Positions 39,961 through 48,234 of a DNA stretch of 64,000 nt are shown here, one piece after another; within the stretch, counting starts at the first letter, position 1, and each line of letters begins with the position of its first letter. A program made the translations under genes and the position numbers. Origin of the DNA: an uncultured virus (IMG/VR IMGVR_UViG_2617271287_000001) (taxonomy: Duplodnaviria; Heunggongvirae; Uroviricota; Caudoviricetes); the IMG/VR virus record IMGVR_UViG_2617271287_000001, positions 1 through 64,000 of that record; one strand, 5' to 3'. The notes below the pieces were generated by a model. It was given only the letters and a program-made list of their open reading frames with translations. It was not told where the DNA came from and made no database searches.

Positions 39961-40034
39961 GGCTGAGTAGCAGAGTGGTTATGCACCGGATTGCAAATCC
40001 GTGAACGCCGGTTCGATTCCGACCTCAGCCTCCA
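39961..40034 (+). tRNA. tRNA-Cys (GCA); likely attachment site of prophage 2
   Basis: Cloverleaf, anticodon loop TTGCAAA, GGTTCGATTCC, CCA end. Confidence 0.97.
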
Positions 40035-40091
40035 ACAGGAAAGCCCCGTAGCTCAACGAGTTACGGGGCTTTTTTCTTGCCTAGGAAAGCG

Positions 40092-40125
40092 GATCATTTC
40101 CGCAATTCTCCGATCATTTCCGCAA
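40092..40125. repeat. Direct repeat GATCATTTCCGCAA x2, probable integrase arm sites
   Basis: Copies at 40092-40105 and 40112-40125, between tRNA and int. Confidence 0.7.
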
Positions 40126-40132
40126 CGCCTCC

Positions 40133-41197
40133 TCACTTCGTCGGGCTAACCACCTCGCCGACGCGTCGGTAAACGTTCTTCGTGATCTGTTCCTTTGTGT
40201 GGCCAAGCAGCTTGCTTGCGTCGGCCAGGTTCTCGATTTCGCTGGCTGCCTTGGGGCGAATATCGCTGAAGCGGAACTGCTTGATTCGTTCAGCAAGCGG
40301 CTCGTCTCGGGCGGCCACTGCTTGGGCGGCGGCTTCTGCTCGCGCCTCGTCCCAGCGATTTCGCATCATGGCGTAGCTCATGCGGAGGCCTGATGGGTTC
40401 GTGATGAGGCGCGAACTGGTAATACCGGCCAGTTTCCGGCGCTCGAACAGGCCGTCGATGAACACGCCCAGCCCTGTTGGCTGTTCGCCATCGAGCAAGC
40501 GAATCCTGAGCTTCTTTCCTGTCTTGCCCTGGGCAACCAGCAGGAACTCGCCTGCCAGATCGCCTGTTGAGACTTTCAGCGTGTCCGCAGGTCGCTGGCC
40601 GGTGAGATAGGCTAGATCCATCGCGTCTCGAAGCTCCTGGCAGGCATGAGCGTAGACCGCTTCCCAGACATCGTCGGAGGCATAGTAGTCCCTGGCCTTC
40701 TCCTTGTTCCGTCGCACCCGGGCGCAGGGATTTTCGCCATCGATGTAGCCCCACTCCCTCGCGAGCGTGAAGACATGCGAGAGTAGTGCTATCTCCCGGT
40801 TTCCACGAGTTTTCGCCGTCCTGGCATCGCGGTACTGGGCGACCACCTGAGGAGTAATTGCCGTGATCGGCGCGCTATCAAAGGCTTTCCGTAGTTGCCT
40901 CAGTTCGGCTTGATTGTCCGATTGGGTACGCGGCGCCTTCGTCGGGACGACCTCGCGCTCGTAGCGATCGAACAGTTCTTTCATGTAGCGCACAATCTTC
41001 GGCGTTGTCGTTCGCTCGAGGCGAGCCCATTCGGCGCGCGCCTCGTTCAGGTCGCTACCCAGCGGAATCTCCTTTCGATTTCCCTCCTCGTCTCGGCCGT
41101 TGTAGTAGTAGCCGATCCAGACTTTCCCCGATTTCAATTTTCGGACACGCTTCAACATGCGGGGCGGCATGTCTCGGTTCGTAGACTTCGGCCGCAT
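40133..41197 (-). CDS. int: Phage integrase
   Basis: TGQRPAD, QGKTG, FSDIRPKA, LLGH, VY. Confidence 0.93.
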   Translation of the reverse strand: MRPKSTNRDMPPRMLKRVRKLKSGKVWIGYYYNGRDEEGNRKEIPLGSDLNEARAEWARLERTTTPKIVRYMKELFDRYEREVVPTKAPRTQSDNQAELRQLRKAFDSAPITAITPQVVAQYRDARTAKTRGNREIALLSHVFTLAREWGYIDGENPCARVRRNKEKARDYYASDDVWEAVYAHACQELRDAMDLAYLTGQRPADTLKVSTGDLAGEFLLVAQGKTGKKLRIRLLDGEQPTGLGVFIDGLFERRKLAGITSSRLITNPSGLRMSYAMMRNRWDEARAEAAAQAVAARDEPLAERIKQFRFSDIRPKAASEIENLADASKLLGHTKEQITKNVYRRVGEVVSPTK

Positions 41198-41198
41198 A

Positions 41199-41432
41199 TC
41201 AGGACACGTTCGACAGGTCGAGCGACCAGGCGGGGGCGGAAACTGTGGTTCTTGTGGGATGAACGCCTGCCAGACGCAACCGTGCATACACCCGTCCGAC
41301 TATGGGACGGCCAGCTGCGTTGGTTTCATAGTTCCAATGATGATTTTCGAGCCATTCGATCTGTTTGCTCACGACCTTCTTTCCAACTAATTCAGTGATT
41401 TCGTCAGGGGATAGAAACTCGGAAAGGGACAT
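41199..41432 (-). CDS. Excisionase-like protein (DUF4224-like)
   Basis: FLSPDEITELVG...QIEWL...GRPIVGR, directly upstream of int. Confidence 0.8.
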   Translation of the reverse strand: MSLSEFLSPDEITELVGKKVVSKQIEWLENHHWNYETNAAGRPIVGRVYARLRLAGVHPTRTTVSAPAWSLDLSNVS

Positions 41433-41506
41433 CGCTGTTCCCTCATGAAATAGCGGCCCTTTCCGTTGGGCCGCGGCATGGATGATTTCAGGTAGGATGC
41501 ACCGGC

Positions 41507-41743
41507 TCACCCCTGCTCAGGGCAGGGGTACTCGGCGATGGTGCGGAGCGCCAGGCCCTGGGAATCTAGCGTCGGCGCCTGGTCATTGATGAGGGCCAGC
41601 AAGCTCTCGGCTGAGGAGTGAACGTCGTCGAGGTCCGTCGACCAGCGCTGCGGGCTGGTGTTGTGGATGTTGTTCAGGGCTTCGACGATGCCGCGCAGGC
41701 GGATGGCGCACTGCTCGATCAGTTGGTGTTGGGTAGAGGACAT
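41507..41743 (-). CDS. Phage hypothetical protein
   Basis: GGAG RBS; MSSTQHQLIEQC. Confidence 0.6.
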   Translation of the reverse strand: MSSTQHQLIEQCAIRLRGIVEALNNIHNTSPQRWSTDLDDVHSSAESLLALINDQAPTLDSQGLALRTIAEYPCPEQG

Positions 41744-41844
41744 TGCGGTGTCTCCGGTTGCTCCGGCGCCGGCGGCCGGCAGCGGAAGCATTTGCACAGG
41801 CCTATCCGTTGGCCCGTGGTGCGGCAGATGGTGGGGCGGTTCAT
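41719..41844 (-). CDS. 41-aa Cys-rich peptide
   Basis: MNRPTICRTTGQRIGLCKCFRC; ATGA coupling to the upstream gene. Confidence 0.5.
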   Translation of the reverse strand: MNRPTICRTTGQRIGLCKCFRCRPPAPEQPETPQCPLPNTN

Positions 41845-42266
41845 TTCGTGGCGTCTTGCTTCATGGCCTTGGCGTGGCCGACGCAGGTGCGGACTGGGTT
41901 GCCCTGGTCGTCCAGGTCGGCGTGGCAGTAGAACCGGCTGAGTTCCTGCCGGCAGTAGATGGCATCGGAGGTGGTGACCGGCGAGGTGTTCGCCGGGGTG
42001 CCGAGTCGATAGGCGCAGCCGGCGCACGTGCCGCGAGAGTTCACCGTTGCGGCCAGGACAACGCCCTGCAGCGCTCCGAACATCGTCGGGAGGTTCGCCT
42101 GCTCCGCGGTGTGCGGATGTTCGCCGTGCTCGATGAGGATCAACTCGACCATCGCTCGGCAGTTCTCGGCGACGGCGTTGGCCATGCCCAGCACCTGGGC
42201 GAACAGGTCGAGCATGGTGGCCGGGTCGCGCTGGGCGGCCATCTTCTCCAGCACCTGGCGGCGCAT
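41841..42266 (-). CDS. Phage hypothetical protein
   Basis: CAGCAY..FYCH..CVGH metal-binding pattern. Confidence 0.6.
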   Translation of the reverse strand: MRRQVLEKMAAQRDPATMLDLFAQVLGMANAVAENCRAMVELILIEHGEHPHTAEQANLPTMFGALQGVVLAATVNSRGTCAGCAYRLGTPANTSPVTTSDAIYCRQELSRFYCHADLDDQGNPVRTCVGHAKAMKQDATK

Positions 42267-42275
42267 TGGATCTGG

Positions 42276-42917
42276 TCATGGTGCATTCCTTGCCCCGCAG
42301 TTGGGGCAGTCGTCGAAGCGCTGATGCTCTGTGATGAAGCGTCCGCAGCCGCTGCAATTCAGCCTGGTGCTGTAGCTCAGGCGGCGCTGGCCCTGGTGCT
42401 CCGGCTTGGGTAGCTTCAGGCCGAAGAGCCGGAGGGCCTGCTTGTGGTTGAGGGAGGCCGCCACAGCAACAGGCCTGGCATGCTGGTCGATGTAGGACTT
42501 CGGCCAGGGCGCTAGCCCGCGCGCGGTGAGTACGCCGGCGTGGTCGAGCGGCCAGGTCCGTGCGGCGGCCAGGTTGGATGTCCGGCCGGCGGCCTCGGGT
42601 ACCCAGACAAGACAGTTGCCGTCCCAGTCCCTGTCGTAGGCGACGTAGATGCGGTCGTCCGCCGGCGCGCCGGCGAGTGCCTGCGTCCGGGACAGGTCCA
42701 GGTCCTGGTGATCGACGCCGTACTCGACCCGGGCGCGCACGTAGTCGACCGGCCAGGGCAGATCGGTTTCCCGGCACTTGTACTGCCGAACGGCATGGGC
42801 GCTGGTGAACGTCTCGGCTTCGTCGAGGTTGGTGGTGTAGCCGCCGCCGGCGCGCCAGAACGTTGCTCGGCTCCCGACGTTGCTGCGGCTGTCCTGCAGG
42901 TAGAAGAGGTCGGTCAT
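42276..42917 (-). CDS. Phage protein with C-terminal zinc ribbon
   Basis: MTDLFYLQDSR; two similar halves (PWP motifs); CSGC..CPNC. Confidence 0.75.
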   Translation of the reverse strand: MTDLFYLQDSRSNVGSRATFWRAGGGYTTNLDEAETFTSAHAVRQYKCRETDLPWPVDYVRARVEYGVDHQDLDLSRTQALAGAPADDRIYVAYDRDWDGNCLVWVPEAAGRTSNLAAARTWPLDHAGVLTARGLAPWPKSYIDQHARPVAVAASLNHKQALRLFGLKLPKPEHQGQRRLSYSTRLNCSGCGRFITEHQRFDDCPNCGARNAP

Positions 42918-43237
42918 GGCGCATCCTCCGCAGGACCGGTGATGTGCTCCGCGTGCAGAGCGCGCATTCCCAGGTTGGTGGCTACGGTGAACTCCAGCCT
43001 GGCGCCCTTCGAGTCCATCCAGCCGGGCAGCAGAGCGATTGCCTGGCAGGTGAGCAGCTTCTGCAGGTCGAGCCGCAGGTAGTCGGCCCACTCGAAGCCC
43101 GGAATCTCGCCGTGCTCGGCGGGGTTCTCGACCTGGTACCCGAGGCCTCGCAGGCGCGCGGCTTCAGCGTGGAAGGCGGGGAAGTTGTGTTCCGGCAGGC
43201 CAGTCATAGGTCCGGCGAGGTAGATGCGCTGGGTCAC
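42914..43237 (-). CDS. DUF4406 / nucleoside deoxyribosyltransferase-like protein
   Basis: IYLAGPMTG, NPA, W..S.GA.LE. Confidence 0.85.
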   Translation of the reverse strand: MTQRIYLAGPMTGLPEHNFPAFHAEAARLRGLGYQVENPAEHGEIPGFEWADYLRLDLQKLLTCQAIALLPGWMDSKGARLEFTVATNLGMRALHAEHITGPAEDAP

Positions 43238-43896
43238 GGCAGCAACTCCTCTCCGACCTGGCGGGCATGCTTGAGGCTGCCGGCCCTGATGCGCTTCCAG
43301 TTCTTCCCCCAGTCCTCCGTCAGGCCGCCCTGGCTCACGAAGAACGGGCCGTGCTTCACGAACACGGCGCCGCCGGCGTTGCGCATGACGAAGTAGGTGT
43401 TGTCGTCAACCGGGTCGTCCGCTCGGACGTGTTCGATCGCTTTGTCGGCCGGCGCCGTGCGCCAGTCCGGCCAGGTGCGCGCCTCGTTCTTCGTCTGCTT
43501 TGCGACCAGGGCGTCGATGATCTGCGCCGGCGTGGCGCCGGTGCGCCAAGCCCCGTCAAGGGCCAGGATCACAACGTCGATCCACTCGGCCAGGTCGCCA
43601 GGGGCTTCCTCGATCTCGCGCAGCTCCTTGCGGATGTGGTCGATGACGCCGGCGGCGCGCGGCCCTGGCCCGAACGTGCGTTCGCTGAACTCTCGCTGGC
43701 GATGAAGGTGCTGCTCGAAACTGAATCCAGTGCCGTGTAACACCTTGAGCATGTCATGCAGTTCTTGCTTCGCTTCATTGGCGTGTGCCATAGCATCGCC
43801 GCTGTCGAACGGGCCACCGACCAGGCTCCAGGCGCTGGCAAAGACTTGGGCTTGGCTCATAGCGGCGTTGATGGAGTCGCTGTTTTCTGCGGACAT
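43234..43896 (-). CDS. DUF550-type dATP/dGTP pyrophosphohydrolase
   Basis: FSERTFGPG...HIRKELREI...EWIDV...N..R.WPDWR. Confidence 0.8.
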   Translation of the reverse strand: MSAENSDSINAAMSQAQVFASAWSLVGGPFDSGDAMAHANEAKQELHDMLKVLHGTGFSFEQHLHRQREFSERTFGPGPRAAGVIDHIRKELREIEEAPGDLAEWIDVVILALDGAWRTGATPAQIIDALVAKQTKNEARTWPDWRTAPADKAIEHVRADDPVDDNTYFVMRNAGGAVFVKHGPFFVSQGGLTEDWGKNWKRIRAGSLKHARQVGEELLP

Positions 43897-43981
43897 AGGA
43901 ATACCTCTCGCCTACTGGCGATCTGCGATTAACTGGGGTATGTTCCGGTGGCCTGGCATGACGCCGGATGAGGAGAATTGG

Positions 43982-44242
43982 ATGACTAAGCTTATAGTTG
44001 ATAGGCCTCGCAGCCCCTTCCTAACAATCGATACAGGAAAGGGGAAAGGTAAGAGGGTCTTGGCTAGCTATTCGTGGGGCGGTCCGGAAAACGAACTACC
44101 GGTTAAAGTTCGGGTTTTTGTCGAAGTAAATGGCACGGACTTTTTTATCGAGGAGATTAGCGGTCCCTTCAATAGTCTTGAAGACGCTGCCGAGAAGGCG
44201 CTTGCTTCAGGTACGAGTTGGTATGATCGTGGCAACGGCTGA
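43982..44242 (+). CDS. Accessory protein, 86 aa (moron)
   Basis: GAGGAG RBS, lower GC, opposite strand. Confidence 0.7.
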   Translation: MTKLIVDRPRSPFLTIDTGKGKGKRVLASYSWGGPENELPVKVRVFVEVNGTDFFIEEISGPFNSLEDAAEKALASGTSWYDRGNG

Positions 44243-44457
44243 TCGCGTGACATTAGCAATTTAACGACATGGATTCAGATCCTTAGGGAACTGATACGCG
44301 GGCATGCCGGCCAGGCGACGGCAGATGGACGGATCGTTATCGCTGAGCGACCAGCCGCAGTGGTGCATATGATGGGATGCATGTCTTTTTTGTGGTGAGT
44401 GGGAAGAGACGCTGAGGAGCGGTATCTTCGGCTCTTTAGTCAAAGGGGCTGATGCGA

Positions 44458-45054
44458 ATGGACGAACTGGTAAAAGAGCTAATCCCACTACTTCAATATT
44501 TAATTCCTGGCTTTGTCGCGTCCTGGATTTTTTACACCCTCACATCATTTAAGCGCCCAGATACTTTTGGGCAGATTGTTCAGGCGCTTATTTTTACTTT
44601 CTTCATTCATGGAGTCGTTGCTGGGATTGGCGGGCTCCTCATATACATAGGGAAAGCTTGGGTGGTGTGGGGGCTATGGGACCAGAAGGCTGTTGCGATA
44701 TGGTCGGCTGTAATCGCCATTCTGCTCGGCCTGTTCGCATGCTTCTTGGTAAATAAAGGCTATTTGCATGCCATTCTTCGATTTGTAGGAATTACTGTTA
44801 AAACGTCTTGCCCAAATGAGTGGTTTAGTGCGTTCAATCGGTATAAAAGATTTGTGGTTCTTCATCTAAAAGATGATCGGCGAATCTACGGGTGGCCGGA
44901 AGAGTGGCCATCTGAGCCGTATAGTGGTCAGTTTGTAATTCTCGACCCAGCTTGGCTGGATGAAGAAGGAAAGGAGTATCCGCTTGGGGTAGAGGCATTT
45001 GTCATCGACGCCACGCAGGTACAATGGGCAGAACTCAGTACGAAAACTTGGTGA
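44458..45054 (+). CDS. Membrane protein, DUF6338-like
   Basis: Three TM segments, LIPGF, then FVVLHLKDDRRIYGW; low GC. Confidence 0.8.
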   Translation: MDELVKELIPLLQYLIPGFVASWIFYTLTSFKRPDTFGQIVQALIFTFFIHGVVAGIGGLLIYIGKAWVVWGLWDQKAVAIWSAVIAILLGLFACFLVNKGYLHAILRFVGITVKTSCPNEWFSAFNRYKRFVVLHLKDDRRIYGWPEEWPSEPYSGQFVILDPAWLDEEGKEYPLGVEAFVIDATQVQWAELSTKTW

Positions 45055-45058
45055 AACA

Positions 45059-45202
45059 ATGACCAGTAAAGCACCTCAACCAATGCCAACCGGGCGAAAT
45101 CCGAGCAGTGGTAGCGAAAAGAAAGGCAACGTGAACCCGCCGAAACCGACGAACGTTCGGCCTGCCGCTCCGAAAGCACCGCCAAAACCTAAAAGCTCTT
45201 GA
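45059..45202 (+). CDS. 47-aa Pro/Lys-rich peptide
   Basis: ATG 4 nt after the previous stop; MTSKAPQPMP...PPKPKSS. Confidence 0.6.
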   Translation: MTSKAPQPMPTGRNPSSGSEKKGNVNPPKPTNVRPAAPKAPPKPKSS

Positions 45203-45229
45203 GAAAGACGGCCGATGGCCGCCTTTTCC

Positions 45230-46906
45230 TTATGTGGATTGCGCGACACTCAGCGCCACCGCTACGTTGCGCACCCAGATCGGCGTATTGCTGAGCATGA
45301 AGGTTTCACCGGCTTCGGCCAGCAGCAGGGTGGTGCCCATCACGCCGGCGATGGCTTCGGCCGCGGCCGGCGGTACGGCGTTGCCGATGCGCTCGCTCCA
45401 GTCCTTGTCGCTCATACCGTCGAGCACCAGGTATTCCTCGGGCTCGACCAGGCTCTGTAGGGCTGCCTTTTCCAGCGTGGTGAAGGGGCGGTGCCAGGTG
45501 CCGTCGAGGCTGCGGATGATGCAGGTCAGGCGTTCGTCCGCTGCTGGGATGCGTGGATCAGCGACGCTGAATCGGCCGCTGTCGTAGCGGGAGCTGGCCG
45601 CGATGGCGCCGGAATGCTGGTTGAAGCCGATCACCCCGTAGTGACCGCCGGTCAGGTAGTTGTCGCCCTTGCCGCGGTGCAGGATGCGCGGGTCTGCCAC
45701 CGACTGCTGGCCGCCCTGGACGCCCTTGCCGCCGGCGATGATGGTGCCTGCAGGTTGGTCGTAGCGGATCACCCGATAGTTGCCGCTGTGGCGGTTCCAG
45801 TTGGGGCGCGGGTCGGCGACGCTGAAGGTGCCTTGGCCTGGCGTCGTTTGCCCAGGGATAGTCGGCGCTGACTCGGCCCAGCGGATCACCCCGAACTGCT
45901 GGCCGTGGTTCCAGTTCGAAGCCTGACGGTAGCGCGGGTCGGCGACCGAGAACGCACCGTTGGTAGGGCCGGAGCGGCCGGCGATGGTGCCGGCAGTGTC
46001 GTCCCACCCATGTACCCCCATGTAGCCGGAGCGGTACTCCGGCACGATTACTAGGTCGCGCAGGTGGCCATCCTCGATCGCCAGCTCGTTCAGGCTGCGC
46101 CAGTCGCTGCCGGCGCGTACCAGGGCGAGCCGCACCCAGGTCCGCCACTGCAACGACGGCACGCGGTGCATCGGGCCCGCGGCCTCGATGTCGCCGGGCA
46201 GCGGCATACGGCCGAGGATGTCGCCGACGGCGCGCAGGCTCTTCTTCTCCGGCTCGTACAGGAAGGCTGGGACCTTTTCGATGTTCCGGGCCACCAGCAG
46301 GAAGCGCTTGCGGCTCTGCGCCAGCCCTCCCAACTCGCCGCAGTCGTGGGTGGTTTCAGCGTTGGCGAAGCCGTAGTGGCCAAGCAACTGGCCGATCTGG
46401 TCGAGCAGGTGCCGGCCACGGGTTGCCAGGCGTGGGACATTCTCGAAGGCGATCAGCGGCACCGGGTCATCCGCCCAGGCCTCGCCCATCAGCCAGATGC
46501 AGCGCAGGGTCAGTTCGTTGAGGGCCTGGTAGCGGGGAGTTTTCGCCTTTTCCTCGGACAGCAGGCCGCTCGCGCCCTTGCAGGGGCTGGAAATGAACAC
46601 GCAATCCGGTCTTTTGCCGCCGGCGGCGCGACGGATGTCCTCCGGGGTTGCCTCCCGCCAACCGGCGGGCGGCTCCTTTCCATGGAAGCGGATGTATTGG
46701 TCGCGGGTGAACAGGTCCAGCTGGGTGCCTGGTACGCCAGCCAGTTTGGCGAAATCGCGCAAGACGCCCGCATCGACGTCGATGCCACCGAGACATTCCC
46801 AGTGCGCTTCGACATTGCCGACGCGCGGGCGCGAGCGGTTGAAGCCCTTGGCGCCGCCGCCCAGGCCGCAGCAGAAGTGGAAGTGGTAGAGGGTGCGCTT
46901 GATCAT
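45230..46906 (-). CDS. C5 cytosine DNA methyltransferase
   Basis: FCCGLGG, SSPCKG, ENV, QSRKR, GNAVPP. Confidence 0.92.
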   Translation of the reverse strand: MIKRTLYHFHFCCGLGGGAKGFNRSRPRVGNVEAHWECLGGIDVDAGVLRDFAKLAGVPGTQLDLFTRDQYIRFHGKEPPAGWREATPEDIRRAAGGKRPDCVFISSPCKGASGLLSEEKAKTPRYQALNELTLRCIWLMGEAWADDPVPLIAFENVPRLATRGRHLLDQIGQLLGHYGFANAETTHDCGELGGLAQSRKRFLLVARNIEKVPAFLYEPEKKSLRAVGDILGRMPLPGDIEAAGPMHRVPSLQWRTWVRLALVRAGSDWRSLNELAIEDGHLRDLVIVPEYRSGYMGVHGWDDTAGTIAGRSGPTNGAFSVADPRYRQASNWNHGQQFGVIRWAESAPTIPGQTTPGQGTFSVADPRPNWNRHSGNYRVIRYDQPAGTIIAGGKGVQGGQQSVADPRILHRGKGDNYLTGGHYGVIGFNQHSGAIAASSRYDSGRFSVADPRIPAADERLTCIIRSLDGTWHRPFTTLEKAALQSLVEPEEYLVLDGMSDKDWSERIGNAVPPAAAEAIAGVMGTTLLLAEAGETFMLSNTPIWVRNVAVALSVAQST

Positions 46907-47022
46907 GCGGCGGGTTCCTTTTCGCGAACGTGACGATGCACGGCGCCATGCGTGATGGCGCAGTGATGTCGTTGGGGCTAGAGTTGGATGGCCCGGCATG
47001 GGGCCGGATCAAGGGGAGATAA

Positions 47023-47223
47023 ATGGTGCCGAGAACGTGCTGTGATAACTCAATGCACTGCGTTGACAATGGTCAAGGCCTTGGAGACTTCAAACTGACT
47101 GGCCACCGTGAACCAATCGGCAAGAAGATGACCTTCTATACGTGCCTGGAATGCGGTGATCGATGGTCCCGGACTGAAGAGACTCACGGTGACCGTGTCG
47201 TCACTTGGCACCTGTTGAGTTAG
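47023..47223 (+). CDS. Small Cys-containing accessory protein
   Basis: GGGGAG RBS; CLECG; opposite strand. Confidence 0.6.
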   Translation: MVPRTCCDNSMHCVDNGQGLGDFKLTGHREPIGKKMTFYTCLECGDRWSRTEETHGDRVVTWHLLS

Positions 47224-47233
47224 CTCACCGCCA

Positions 47234-48091
47234 TCATGCTGCTGGCTCCTTGGTGTCGTGGAATATGTCGAGCTGCGCCAGGCCACTGCGCGCGGCATCG
47301 TTGAGCCAGAGGCATTCGATGCGGTCGCGTGCGCCGTCGGCGAGGGCGTTCCGCTCGAGGCGGTGCCAGTGGCGGTAAAGGTGGTCGTAGAGCGGGCAGG
47401 GGTACCCGGAGAGGACCACCATGCCGGTCAGCCCCTTGAGGAACGCCGCCAAGTCCCGGTGCTGGTCGTCGTCCAGTTCGTGTCGGTACGACTTGCCGGT
47501 GGCGTTGTGGCGGACCTTGGTGCTGCGAGTGGAATGGACGTAGGGCGGGTCGACGTAGTGCAGCGTGCTCGGCCGGTCGTGATGCTCCATCAGCACCAGG
47601 GCGTCGCGGTTCTCGATCACCACGCCCTGTAGGCGCTCGGTGATAGCGGCCAACGCATCGGGGTAGTTGCGCCAGTCCAGCGCGGGCGCGGTGCCACTCC
47701 TCGCCGACGTTGAGCGGAACCCCGTGCGTTCGCCGCTCGCCGCGGCGCTGCCGAAACCTTGGAAACTGCGGACCACCATCCGCCGGGCGCGCTCGAGCGG
47801 ATCCGTCGTTTCCGCGTAGCTGGCTTCGAACTCTTCACGGGCAAACGGGGTAAGCGCCAGGGACTGGCGCAGTTCCTCGCCACGGTCCCGCGCGACGCGG
47901 AACAGGTTCACCACGTCCCCGTCGAGGTCGTTGTAGACCTCGGCGTAGCTGCGGGCCTTCCGCAGCAGGACAGAAGCCGCGCCGCCGAAAGGCTCGATGT
48001 AGGTGTGGTGGGGCGCGAGGTGCTGGATGATCCACGGGGCGAGCAGCCACTTGCCGCCGTGGTAGCGGAGAATCGGTCGTTGAGGAGGCAT
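47234..48091 (-). CDS. Dam-type adenine DNA methyltransferase
   Basis: YHGGKW, YIEPFGG, DPPY. Confidence 0.92.
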   Translation of the reverse strand: MPPQRPILRYHGGKWLLAPWIIQHLAPHHTYIEPFGGAASVLLRKARSYAEVYNDLDGDVVNLFRVARDRGEELRQSLALTPFAREEFEASYAETTDPLERARRMVVRSFQGFGSAAASGERTGFRSTSARSGTAPALDWRNYPDALAAITERLQGVVIENRDALVLMEHHDRPSTLHYVDPPYVHSTRSTKVRHNATGKSYRHELDDDQHRDLAAFLKGLTGMVVLSGYPCPLYDHLYRHWHRLERNALADGARDRIECLWLNDAARSGLAQLDIFHDTKEPAA

Positions 48092-48234
48092 CGTCAGTAC
48101 TCGGTGAACAGGCACTGGACGCCGCCCTGCCTGACAGGGCGGCCCACGAGGCATGGTTGAATCGCCCACAGGGCGGCGTCCGGTGCGTGCTTGCTGGAAG
48201 AGAAAGCGCCCCGGGTGGGGCGCTGTATCGAGGG

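Noticed and set aside
34415..48091. Restriction-modification system from the three methylases
   Set aside because: No cognate endonuclease recognised; they look like orphan phage MTases
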